Counted from the first letter of the stretch, positions 52,944 through 62,382 are shown. The stretch: 64,000 nt of DNA from Nitrospirota bacterium (GCA_963754875.1 CAVWHO010000014.1:32001-96000); one strand, 5' to 3'. Program-made: numbers and translations. The notes: a model not told the origin generated them from the letters alone.

Positions 52944-53764
52944 ACGAAATCAGAGACAATGTAGCCCAGATCTGTGTCGATGCAGCATACAACCTGAGCG
53001 AGGACGTGCTCACGGCCTTTGACCGCGCCGCGGAGACCGAGACGGCACCCGGGGCGAAAGAGATCATCGGGCTCCTGAAGGAGAACGCGCGCGTCGCGCG
53101 GGAAGAGCATATTCCTCTCTGCCAGGACACGGGCATTGCAATTTTTTTCGTGGAGCTGGGCCAGGACCTCAGGATCAAGAACGGTTTCATCATCGATGCC
53201 ATCAATGACGGCGTGCGCAAAGGATACAAAGAGGGATATCTCCGGAAGTCCGTCGTTGACCCGCTTACTCGAAAAAATACCGGGGATAATACGCCGGCAA
53301 TCATCTATACTGAGCTTGTGCCCGGCGATAAACTCAAGATCTCGTTCATGCCCAAGGGTGCTGGGAGCGAGAACATGAGCGTGATCCGGATGTTGAGGCC
53401 GACCGAAGGCATCGAAGGCATCAAAAACTTCGTGCTCGAATGCGTACAGAGGGCCGGCGCTAACCCTTGTCCGCCGATGGTCATCGGCGTGGGTATCGGC
53501 GGCGATTTCGAGAAGGCGGCGCTCCTCGCAAAAAAAGCGCTCTTGCGGCCGGTGGGCAGCCCGCATGCCAAGCTGGAACTGGCCTCTCTCGAAGAGACCC
53601 TTCTCAAGGCCGTGAACAAAACCGGCATCGGGCCGGAAGGGCTCGGCGGCAAGGTCACGGCATTGGCCGTTCACGTGGAAAACTTTCCCTGTCATATTGC
53701 GAGCCTGCCGGTGGCGGTCAACATCAATTGCCACGCGGCAAGGCATAAGACGATCATTCTCTAA
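52925..53764 (+). CDS. class I fumarate hydratase, alpha subunit
   Basis: [30 protein letters not shown]. Confidence 0.94.
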   Translation: MREIHVDEIRDNVAQICVDAAYNLSEDVLTAFDRAAETETAPGAKEIIGLLKENARVAREEHIPLCQDTGIAIFFVELGQDLRIKNGFIIDAINDGVRKGYKEGYLRKSVVDPLTRKNTGDNTPAIIYTELVPGDKLKISFMPKGAGSENMSVIRMLRPTEGIEGIKNFVLECVQRAGANPCPPMVIGVGIGGDFEKAALLAKKALLRPVGSPHAKLELASLEETLLKAVNKTGIGPEGLGGKVTALAVHVENFPCHIASLPVAVNINCHAARHKTIIL

Positions 53765-53850
53765 ATTGCGGATTGCGGAATTCGGATTGCGGAAAAAGAC
53801 CGCCGAAACATTTTCTGTGATGATCCAAGGTTCCCGCTCAAGGGCGAAAC

Positions 53851-54432
53851 ATGAATGAGCCGATAAGAATAACCCCTCCCATGACTGAAAAAGTCGTTAC
53901 TAAGCTCAAGGCCGGCGACCGCGTTCTGATCACAGGCGTGATCTATACTGCGAGAGACATGGCGCACAAATATATCGTAGACGGCCACAACAAGGGTGAG
54001 AAACCGCCGTTTGATCTGACGGGCCAGATTCTTTACTATACCGGTCCCACTCCTGCGCCTCCGGGAAAACCTATCGGCTCCGCAGGCCCGACCACCAGTT
54101 ACCGTATGGACAAGTACACGCCGACCCTGCTTGAGCTCGGTCTGAAGGGCATGATCGGCAAAGGGCCGCGTGGACAGACAGTAAAAGACGCGATCAAACA
54201 CTACAGGGCGGTCTATTTTGCAGCCATCGGCGGCGCAGGCGCACTCATGTCCAAGGCAATCAGAAAGGCCGAGGTGATTGCCTACCCCGAACTCGGAACC
54301 GAAGCCGTTATGCGGCTCGACGTCGAGGATTTTCCCGCGGTTGTCGTGAACGACGTGTATGGCAGCGATCTCTACCAGATCGGCGTGGAAAAATACGGTG
54401 AGATCGAAGGTGCCGAGGGAGAGACCTGCTGA
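53851..54432 (+). CDS. class I fumarate hydratase, beta subunit
   Basis: YTARDMAH, SAGPTTSYRMD, GMIGKG, GGAGAL. Confidence 0.94.
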   Translation: MNEPIRITPPMTEKVVTKLKAGDRVLITGVIYTARDMAHKYIVDGHNKGEKPPFDLTGQILYYTGPTPAPPGKPIGSAGPTTSYRMDKYTPTLLELGLKGMIGKGPRGQTVKDAIKHYRAVYFAAIGGAGALMSKAIRKAEVIAYPELGTEAVMRLDVEDFPAVVVNDVYGSDLYQIGVEKYGEIEGAEGETC

Positions 54433-54490
54433 TGCAAAAAAATGAGAAACCGCGAATCCGTGAACGATACTCAATTCTTGAGGAGAAGCA

Positions 54491-55024
54491 ATGACGATTA
54501 AATCAAAAATCAGGACCATTCCAAACTATCCCAAAAAGGGGATCATGTTCCGCGACATCACGACGCTCATCAAGGACCCCGTCGGCTTCCGGCTCGTGAT
54601 CGACACGCTGACCCAGCGATACCTGCATGCGGATTTTAAATTCGATACGATCGTCGGTATCGAGTCGCGCGGTTTCATTATCGGCTCGGTTTTGGCATAT
54701 ACGCTTGGCAAAGGGTTTATCCCCATCCGGAAGAAGGGCAAGCTCCCTGCCGAAGTAGTGTCCCAAGAGTACGAACTCGAGTACGGCACGGACAGGATCG
54801 AAATCCACAAGGATGCTTTGAAAAAAGGCGAGCGGGTCCTGCTTATCGATGACCTCCTCGCGACCGGCGGTACAGCACTGGCCGCTGCCGCACTTGTTGA
54901 AAAGCTCGGTGCAAATGTGGTGGAGATGGCGTTTATCGTCGATCTTCCGGAGGTGGGTGGAAAAAAGAAGCTGAAGGAAAAAGGGTATAAGGTCTTTGCC
55001 CTTACGGAGTTTGAGGGGGAATAG
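54491..55024 (+). CDS. apt: adenine phosphoribosyltransferase
   Basis: GIMFRDITT, ESRGF, RKKGKLP, YELEYG, IDDLLATGGT. Confidence 0.97.
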   Translation: MTIKSKIRTIPNYPKKGIMFRDITTLIKDPVGFRLVIDTLTQRYLHADFKFDTIVGIESRGFIIGSVLAYTLGKGFIPIRKKGKLPAEVVSQEYELEYGTDRIEIHKDALKKGERVLLIDDLLATGGTALAAAALVEKLGANVVEMAFIVDLPEVGGKKKLKEKGYKVFALTEFEGE

Positions 55025-55100
55025 GGTTCCCGAATGAAGCGCGGGATAAAAGAGGCGTTGTCGATCATCTAAAGGGGTGTCCCCACCAATGAAAACATCG

Positions 55101-55142
55101 AAAAATATGGCCTTCCACTTTACAGGGAGGCCATATTTTTTT
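55101..55142. terminator. rho-independent terminator
   Basis: AAAAATATGGCCTTCC..GGGAGGCCATATTTTTTT. Confidence 0.8.
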
Positions 55143-55404
55143 GTGGCGAAGAATTGTGATCGATACATGCAGTGCGTACTCATGTACTTGTTATAGTGGC
55201 CGCTTTATGAAATATAAGGTAAGCTGTAGTTTTTCCCGATGGTGTCTCTTCGACAGTCAAGGATGCGCTTGAGCGTTCTTTAAAAAATCTCGACAAGATA
55301 GTTGTTGTGAAGAATTCAGTTGAAATATTGCGAGTACAGCGCGATAATTTTTCATTGAAAACGTCTTTCCTGAATCACGGCGTACGTCCTGACAGGAGGT
55401 TTCC

Positions 55405-57318
55405 ATGCGCATCCTACTCGCCCTTTTCTTCATCCTGCTTTTTTCGACCTCGGCCGTGGCAGGCGGCATCCAAGCTGGGGGGCAATCGGACCGCCAGGCC
55501 CCCGATAAATCACAGATCCTTCTGAGACAGGCTCGCGCAGTCTTCGGATTGCTGCCGCAGCGGATGCCCGGCAGCGACCGAGATACGCCGGACCTGATCG
55601 CGCTTGGGAAAATGCTGTACTATGAGCCCAACCTTTCTATCAACAGGACTCAGAGCTGTAACTCTTGCCACCCGTTAGATGGAAAGCTGGCGGGCGCGGA
55701 CAACCTCGTCCATTCACCCGGCGCCCTCGGGACTATAGGCACACGGAACGCGCCTACGACGCTCAATGCCGGGTTCCAGATCTCGCAGTTCTGGGACGGC
55801 CGCGCTGACGATCTCGCGGAGCAGTCGAAGGGGCCTATCCTGAATGTGATGGAAATGGGCATGCCCCATATCGATGTCTGTCTCAAGCGGATGAAACAGT
55901 CCGATCGGATCCGGGAGGCCTTCCATGCGGCGTTTCCGGACCAGACAGAGTCTGTCACATATGACAACCTTGCCTTGTCCATCGCGGCATTCGAGCGCAC
56001 ACTCGTTTCTCGGGGACGTTTTGACCAGTTCCTTGAGGGCGATTCGGGCGCTCTCAGTGAGCGTGAAAAGGAAGGGCTCGGTATTTTCATAAACAAGGGG
56101 TGCATCCGCTGCCACAACGGACCGCTCCTCGGCGGCATGCTGTACCAGCGGGTGGGCATCTACCATGAGTACAAGAATACCTCAGATGTGGGTCGCTTTA
56201 GCGTCACGGGGAACGAGAACGACCGTTTTGTCTTCAAAGTGCCGTCGCTTCGTAATGTCACACTCACCGCGCCGTACTTCCACGACGGGGGGGTCGCGAC
56301 GCTAGCAGAAGCAATAGATGACATGGCCTGGTTCGAACTGGACGAGAAGCTTTCAAGCGCGGAGATCGACTTGATCCTCCGGTTTTTCACCTCGCTTGCC
56401 GACCTCGATCGCACCACCGCTCCCATGAAAAAGTCGAAGGAGACGGTGAGCTGGAACCCTCCGAAGATGGAAACAATCCCTGCGGGTGCGCGGGGTGATC
56501 TAATCAGGTACGGGCATCAGCTCGTGAGCAGGTCGCAGGCGCTTCTTGGCAGCCGGGCAAAATCGCCGGCCATGGTCTATCTGCATAGCACGCTTGCGTG
56601 CGTCAACTGCCACCAGGAGGACGGCACCAAGATATACGGCATTCCCTGGATGGGAGTGACCCTTCGTTACCCGCAGTATAGCTCTCGGTCGAACTTGGAG
56701 GTGACACTTGAGGACCGCGTCAATGACTGCATGGAACGGAGCATGAACGGCCGTGCCCTTCCCAAGGATAGCCATGAGATGCGGGCCATTATCGCATACC
56801 TATCCTGGCTCGGCACTGACCTGCCTGGGGAACTTGCGGGCCTGCTCAAGGTAAGCTTGTCCGTTCCGGACCGCCGTGCGAATCTGGATAAAGGTGCAGG
56901 GATTTACCGCGAATTCTGCCAGGCCTGTCATGGAGCGGATGGGTCAGGCTACCAGGCCCGATCAGCTTTGGACGAGGGAATCTTCGTCACGCCGCCGATT
57001 GCCGGCCCAAACAGCTTCAATACCGGAGCAGGCATGCACCGGCTTCTTCTGGCCGCGGCTTTTGTGAGGGGCAATATGCCGCTCGGCACGCCTTGGGACC
57101 GGCCTGTGCTGACCGATGATGAGGCATACGACGTCGCGGCGTATATCAATTCCCTGGACCGACCCGATATGCCAGGCACAGATAAGGACTGGCTTGATTT
57201 ATCTAAAAAACCCGTAGATTGCCCGTATCCGCCCTATGCCGACGGCTTCAGCCTCGAGCAGCATAGATACGGGCCTTTTAAACAGATAAGCGAAGCAAAG
57301 AAAAAGAAAGGCAAATGA
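55405..57318 (+). CDS. tetraheme fusion: di-heme cytochrome c peroxidase + TsdA-type thiosulfate dehydrogenase
   Basis: One signal peptide and four CXXCH; N-half RNAPT..NA, QFWDGRA, FKVPSLRNV..TAPYFHDG; C-half RVNDCMERSMNG, SFNTGAGM, NMPLG, AYDVAAYINS. Confidence 0.9.
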   Translation: MRILLALFFILLFSTSAVAGGIQAGGQSDRQAPDKSQILLRQARAVFGLLPQRMPGSDRDTPDLIALGKMLYYEPNLSINRTQSCNSCHPLDGKLAGADNLVHSPGALGTIGTRNAPTTLNAGFQISQFWDGRADDLAEQSKGPILNVMEMGMPHIDVCLKRMKQSDRIREAFHAAFPDQTESVTYDNLALSIAAFERTLVSRGRFDQFLEGDSGALSEREKEGLGIFINKGCIRCHNGPLLGGMLYQRVGIYHEYKNTSDVGRFSVTGNENDRFVFKVPSLRNVTLTAPYFHDGGVATLAEAIDDMAWFELDEKLSSAEIDLILRFFTSLADLDRTTAPMKKSKETVSWNPPKMETIPAGARGDLIRYGHQLVSRSQALLGSRAKSPAMVYLHSTLACVNCHQEDGTKIYGIPWMGVTLRYPQYSSRSNLEVTLEDRVNDCMERSMNGRALPKDSHEMRAIIAYLSWLGTDLPGELAGLLKVSLSVPDRRANLDKGAGIYREFCQACHGADGSGYQARSALDEGIFVTPPIAGPNSFNTGAGMHRLLLAAAFVRGNMPLGTPWDRPVLTDDEAYDVAAYINSLDRPDMPGTDKDWLDLSKKPVDCPYPPYADGFSLEQHRYGPFKQISEAKKKKGK

Positions 57319-57457
57319 TCGGAGACAGTCGATGACCGGTCATCCCCGCCGGTCTGCCGCTGGAACCTATAGTAGACACCAATAACGAATTCAGGTGCCT
57401 TCCTGCAATTCTGAGCCGAACATGCCGCGTTGGGAAAGAATTTAAGGTTTAAAACTG

Positions 57458-57498
57458 ATTGAAAAGCCTGGAGGATGCATTCCTCCAGGCTTTTCAAT
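57458..57498. terminator. strong bidirectional terminator (18-bp perfect stem)
   Basis: ATTGAAAAGCCTGGAGGA-TGCAT-TCCTCCAGGCTTTTCAAT then a T-run. Confidence 0.85.
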
Positions 57499-57582
57499 TT
57501 TTTATCTGTGCAGCCAATAATACTGAATCCGTTTCGTGCTGCTCGCTCACGCATGCCCTGCATTGTGCCCATTTTTTTTGTT

Positions 57583-57640
57583 ATACCCTAAAAATACCCC
57601 ATTTATTTTCTTGACAAATGACCAAGGGGGGAAATATAAT
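57583..57640 (+). promoter_or_regulatory. sigma70 promoter with upstream operator (copy 1)
   Basis: ATACCCTAAAAATACCCCAT-N8-TTGACA-N18-TATAAT. Confidence 0.75.
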
Positions 57641-57765
57641 GATTTACCATAAGTTTTATTTTAGACATGTAATATTGGTAAGTTATCGTATCAGCCATGC
57701 TCCTACTCCAGATCAGGAATCGTAATCACGAGGATAATGATGTCTCAATTAAGAAAGGGGAAAGA

Positions 57766-58110
57766 ATGAGAATTAAATTTATGCTACTTGCAGTCATGGT
57801 AACAGGAGTTCTAATCGGTTGCAGTTCAACAACGAAATTCACGAGAGACCTGCTTATAACATCAGAGCCGGCAGGGGCAGTAGTTTATATGGACGGTGAC
57901 AAAATTGGGGAGACGCCATTGAAAATCCAGACCTTCTTTACGTGGAACAAGGATGCACCCTATGATTCCTTGTTGCGAAGGGTTATCCAGGTCAAAAAGG
58001 ATGGTTATGTGCCCCAGATCCGCGACCTCTATCCGATTGATATGCCAAATATTACGTTTTTCCTGAGCCCAGATAAAGCTCAAGGCAATGAAAAAGGCGG
58101 GATAAAATGA
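57766..58110 (+). CDS. PEGA-domain lipoprotein
   Basis: Lipobox LIGC; ITSEPAGAVVYMDGDKIGETP; VKKDGY. Confidence 0.88.
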   Translation: MRIKFMLLAVMVTGVLIGCSSTTKFTRDLLITSEPAGAVVYMDGDKIGETPLKIQTFFTWNKDAPYDSLLRRVIQVKKDGYVPQIRDLYPIDMPNITFFLSPDKAQGNEKGGIK

Positions 58111-58490
58111 AGAATATTTTCAGTGGCATCCTCTTCTGTTTTATTTTTTTGGCCGGCTGCGCCGCCACTTCGACCTTCACCGTAAAAACAAACCCCGCGG
58201 GCGCTGATATTTATGTCGATGGGGAACGCATCGGGCAGACGCCCGCAACTATAAAGGTGAAGTTTTCTGAAAATGCGCAAATGGTCACTGAAAAAAAGAT
58301 ACTTGCTGTGAAACTGCGCGGGTACCGGGAAAAGAAGGAAGTAATTTCCCCGGAAGACATAACGCAAAAGACGCTGGAATTCGCGCTTGTGCCTGAGTTG
58401 AATGAAAAATCGGCTGCCCCGGTTGTCAGCAAAGCGACGGCGACAACGACAGCGCAAACATCGCAGGAAACCAAACCAGTGCGGCGTTAG
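58107..58490 (+). CDS. PEGA-domain lipoprotein
   Basis: Lipobox LAGC; KTNPAGADIYVDGERIGQTP; KLRGY; ATGA overlap. Confidence 0.88.
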   Translation: MKNIFSGILFCFIFLAGCAATSTFTVKTNPAGADIYVDGERIGQTPATIKVKFSENAQMVTEKKILAVKLRGYREKKEVISPEDITQKTLEFALVPELNEKSAAPVVSKATATTTAQTSQETKPVRR

Positions 58491-58896
58491 TGAGCTCTGG
58501 GACTACAACACAAAGGCAGGAGATTAACCTATTGAGCGGTTCCAGCAATGAGATCATGACGACGACAGGTCAGGAATCATCCTGCCCTGTCGTCGAGGCA
58601 ACTGCCCCGGTTCAGGGCTGAGAAGTTGAACCGAGTGGCAGGTCTCTTGCGGAAACTTGAGAACCACGTCTGTGGATGTTGGCAATATTGCAGGCAAAAT
58701 TTTTTGGAAATAAATAAAGGAACAGCCTTTTCCCCCTTCTCCGGTAAGCACGGAGTAAGCACGTCGTCCGGTGTTTATTCGACTCAATAGTGTTCTGCTT
58801 CTTTAAAATTGCAGAACATCACTTGGAAAGTTCAATGCCTGTGGAGCAGTATCTATCAGTTTGCAACGAGCATATTACAATGCATGGGAGATAGCT

Positions 58897-59115
58897 ATGG
58901 ACTATAAAGATAGCCATACAGATATAATTATAACTGCCGATTATAGCCGCTCTGCTCTTTGGCTGCTTTTCCTCTTCTCTATTTTTTTTGTATTTGCAGG
59001 ACTATGGATCGTATTAGATGCAGCGAGCTCATATGATATGCTGATGGGTGGTTTGTCAGCCTTCTGTTTCGGTGCGGCTTCTATTGCATTGGGGATCAAG
59101 TTAAAGACTAAGTAG
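58897..59115 (+). CDS. small two-TM protein, low GC, possibly a truncated remnant
   Basis: GGGAG RBS, two hydrophobic helices. Confidence 0.45.
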   Translation: MDYKDSHTDIIITADYSRSALWLLFLFSIFFVFAGLWIVLDAASSYDMLMGGLSAFCFGAASIALGIKLKTK

Positions 59116-59248
59116 GTACTGATAGTTGGATAATGAGCCTGATTTGGCTGGGCTGAAAAATAACTGTTATAACTTGTGGCGTGATGTACCTGAACCAGGT
59201 GCAATTGTCATTCTTTTAAACTTATCAGGTTACATCTATATTAATCGC

Positions 59249-59304
59249 ATACCCTAAAAATACTCCATCACATTGCTTGACAAAAAGTAACACTTTCTTA
59301 TAAT
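59249..59304 (+). promoter_or_regulatory. sigma70 promoter with upstream operator (copy 2)
   Basis: ATACCCTAAAAATACTCCAT-N8-TTGACA-N16-TATAAT. Confidence 0.75.
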
Positions 59305-59378
59305 CAAAACATCCATCTATTGAAATGCACCATATAAGCAAGATATGTAGCGATCTAAACATTACGAGGAGTCAATTC

Positions 59379-60230
59379 ATGCAGAGATTGCTGAGCGCAA
59401 CAGTGGTAGTTCTATTATCGGCGGCATTACTGGCTGCCTGCAGCAGCGGCGGGTCCGGATCCGGTACAGTCAAAACAAGCACCGCCGATGTAAGCCTTAG
59501 CGGTATCACCTCAGTGGACTACCAGCCCGGCAGCGCAATACAGACATCCTTGAGCACGACCGCCAGCACTACGGTGCTCGATTTTTATTTTCCGCCGGAC
59601 ACAGCCGGTCAAGCGGGAGTGATCACGATTTCCGCAATTCCTGAGAGCGATCTACCCGCGGGACTGCACAGCAGCAAACTCAGATTTCAGGCCGATCCAG
59701 CCAACGTTTTCATTTATGCATTCTCCCTGGCATCGCAGGACGGCAATATAACGAGTTTCAATGCCCCCGTCACACTGAGCGGGACGCTATCGACGTCCGT
59801 TCCAGCGGGTACCACGCTGAACCTAGCATCTTTCACCAGCAACACATGGGTGGAGGTAGCGACACTCAATGTAGGAGCAAACGGCTCCCTCATTCAGAAT
59901 CTTACCTCGACGGCTTTGCCGGGCATTGTGACCCTGGGAACCTATGTATTATATCAGCCTGCCTATCCCTGGGTCGGGACCTGGGTTGGGTCGGACGTCT
60001 CAACGTGCGGCTTCTACTCGGGACCGATCACCATGACGATTACTTCGCCAGGCGGAAACGCCTTGAACCTCTCATATGTCGGAACCGGCATCACAGGCGC
60101 CTATCCCCTGACCTACTCCGGGAACACGGCCACTGATGCGGCTGGAACTGTTACGTACACTCTAAACGGCAATTCGATGACCGCTTCGGAACCGAATTCC
60201 TGTCAGACCGGGACGTTTACCAGACAATAA
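59379..60230 (+). CDS. Ser/Thr/Gly-rich surface lipoprotein
   Basis: GAGGAG RBS, lipobox LAAC-SSGGSG, beta-rich body, C-terminal WVGTW domain with 2 Cys. Confidence 0.85.
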   Translation: MQRLLSATVVVLLSAALLAACSSGGSGSGTVKTSTADVSLSGITSVDYQPGSAIQTSLSTTASTTVLDFYFPPDTAGQAGVITISAIPESDLPAGLHSSKLRFQADPANVFIYAFSLASQDGNITSFNAPVTLSGTLSTSVPAGTTLNLASFTSNTWVEVATLNVGANGSLIQNLTSTALPGIVTLGTYVLYQPAYPWVGTWVGSDVSTCGFYSGPITMTITSPGGNALNLSYVGTGITGAYPLTYSGNTATDAAGTVTYTLNGNSMTASEPNSCQTGTFTRQ

Positions 60231-60342
60231 TCATATTTCGTTCAATCCCAGGCTACCCGGCTTGATCAATGTCGGCGATCAAAGTCGCGGCTCGAAGAGA
60301 GCGACAATCGTTCCGCCTTAGGTACCGCAGAATTTTGCGTTC

Positions 60343-61362
60343 TTATCCTATCCGGTCGGCGCAGGCAAGGAATGTCTTCGCGTTCATTACCGGCGTCTCA
60401 AGAGGCAGATCGCAGGAAGGCATGAGGATGAATTTCCGGAAAGGATAGGCAATTCCGGAAACGCATTCGGAAACAGCCTGGCACACCATGGCGGGGTCAC
60501 CGCCGAACACGGTTTTGATCACGTCCACGTTTCCGGCAAGAACAACCTTTTCACGATAGAGCTCGTACACCTCGCCGAGGCGAACGCCCGCGTCCAGGGA
60601 TATGCAATCAGCACCGGTATCAGGATAGAGGGCCAACTGGGAGCGAATATTGCCGCATTGGTGAAAGAAGCGTGCAACGCCGCACCCCTTGACCTCATCG
60701 AAGAGTTTCCGCTCACAGGGGAGAACCACGTCTTGGTACAGATCAAGGGGGATCAGCGTGGCCGCCCCGTCGGAAATGACGACGCCATCGATCAAGCCTT
60801 GCTCGATGAGCGGACGGAAAAATGCCGAAGAGAGTCGGACGCCAAGCTCGCACGCCTCCCGGATGAACTCCCTGTCCGTCATCGTTTTTTCCTGAAGGAG
60901 GTTCCAGTCGCACAGGATCATTGCCCAGGTAAACGGGCCCCAGGAAGTGGCGCAGAGAAAGCGGTCAGGAAGACGCGCTCTCAAACGGGCAATCATCTCC
61001 ACCAGCGCAAGAGAACGGGGGGAGTCCGCGATATTCACGATTTCAAGATAACGCGCGTCTTCTGTTTGTTGGATCAGGGGTGTCGAGAGGAGCGGGGCCT
61101 GTTCCTCTCGAAAGGCGAGCTCTCCTCCGATTGCCTCCGCGGGAAAGGTGTTCAGGCCTGAACCAACGAATACAATGTCGGTGTCAAGTCCGGCAAAAAA
61201 TTCGGCAAGGCTCTCGGCAAATCCGGCAGGATCACTGTCCAGTTTTTCGGTCCTGAGTCCCGTCTGATGGTATGCCCAGCGGCCTCCGCCAAATAGGGCG
61301 CGCGGCAGGCGTTCGCTGCGCTCCCCCTGCAAAACCCGCTTTATGATTTCCCGCCTGTCCAT
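60343..61362 (-). CDS. uroporphyrinogen decarboxylase-superfamily protein (MtaA/CmuA methyltransferase-like)
   Basis: AEAIG, GPFT, HQCG (HxC), LAGNVD, ILMPSCD. Confidence 0.85.
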   Translation of the reverse strand: MDRREIIKRVLQGERSERLPRALFGGGRWAYHQTGLRTEKLDSDPAGFAESLAEFFAGLDTDIVFVGSGLNTFPAEAIGGELAFREEQAPLLSTPLIQQTEDARYLEIVNIADSPRSLALVEMIARLRARLPDRFLCATSWGPFTWAMILCDWNLLQEKTMTDREFIREACELGVRLSSAFFRPLIEQGLIDGVVISDGAATLIPLDLYQDVVLPCERKLFDEVKGCGVARFFHQCGNIRSQLALYPDTGADCISLDAGVRLGEVYELYREKVVLAGNVDVIKTVFGGDPAMVCQAVSECVSGIAYPFRKFILMPSCDLPLETPVMNAKTFLACADRIG

Positions 61363-61408
61363 CGAAATTTAATGTGACCTTGCTTCGGAATACGCGTCCG
61401 CGATCGTT

Positions 61409-61996
61409 CTAATGAAAAAAAGGTATCCTGAACAATAACAGATAACCATTCAGCATCGTAATGAAGCCGAGTGAAGCGGAACCCATTGCAAAATAGAAGA
61501 CCGGTCGCGATACTGCGAGGATGGAGATCGATGCAAGGACAATGGATATCTGCAATAAAACTTCGGCGTAGTCGAAGTAGGGATCCTTGACGAGGTTTTT
61601 GTCCCGATGGCGTTCAAGATTTTTGGCTTCCGTCTCGATTTCTTTTTTCTCATCCCGGTACCGTGCTTCTTCCGCCCGCAACTCGCTGATCAGGGACTGG
61701 TACTGCTTTTTTGCAGCAGGCTTCATGGTTGCGCCGCGTTCCAGAAGATCCAATTCCAGCCGCAAACTGCTCGTTCTGTAGAGATGCTCCCGAAAAACCT
61801 TGGACTGGTAAAAGGCCCATTGATCGGAAGCCTGCTGCTGCGAGAGCAGCATTTCCTTCATGGCATTGTTTCCGCCGAGTGAAGTAATGGCGAGCAGCAC
61901 CGCGAAGATCGCCGTGGTAAGGGCGACCTTGCGGGTAAAGCCTTTTGTGCGGATCTCTTCAAGCTCCTCGGGATTGGGAAGTTCCATTTCCGCCAT
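61409..61996 (-). CDS. DUF4337-family membrane protein
   Basis: VALTTAIFAV, ASDQWAFYQSK, FDYAEVLLQISIVLASI; AAGGAGG RBS. Confidence 0.85.
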   Translation of the reverse strand: MAEMELPNPEELEEIRTKGFTRKVALTTAIFAVLLAITSLGGNNAMKEMLLSQQQASDQWAFYQSKVFREHLYRTSSLRLELDLLERGATMKPAAKKQYQSLISELRAEEARYRDEKKEIETEAKNLERHRDKNLVKDPYFDYAEVLLQISIVLASISILAVSRPVFYFAMGSASLGFITMLNGYLLLFRIPFFH

Positions 61997-62277
61997 ACAG
62001 CCATCCTCCTTCATTGATTACTTGGTGGTTCATCATTCCCTTACAAATGGAGATCATGCATGAGCGGGCAAAGACGGAACGGCATCCGTTCAGGTGCTCA
62101 GGCTGGCACGCGTTCAACTATCATACCCAAGGGAACCCTCATAATGACACGTTCTGGCATCCGAACGGTATCATGTATAATTTATAAAATCAAGCGTTGA
62201 TGCGTCGTGATGACGCAATCCAAATGCCGTGTTGTTTTCGTTCATGTGTGAATTTGCTGGTAGTAAGCGCTAAAATT

Positions 62278-62302
62278 ATACTTGACAGAATTGGTCAAGT
62301 TT
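62278..62302 (+). promoter_or_regulatory. IscR type-1-like operator overlapping a TTGACA -35
   Basis: ATACTTGAC-AGAATTG-GTCAAGTTT resembles ATASYYGACTRwwwYAGTCRRSTAT. Confidence 0.7.
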
Positions 62303-62382
62303 GTTATCGTTATGGTAACGATTGACGGGAGTTAAAGAGTCCTGTTTATGTGAGTCGCGGGGCCTCAGGGCCGGATGAAAGA

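Noticed and set aside
54427..54440. Sec readthrough at the fumarase beta end (TGC TGA TGC)
   Set aside because: No SECIS-like hairpin follows, and the domain is already complete.
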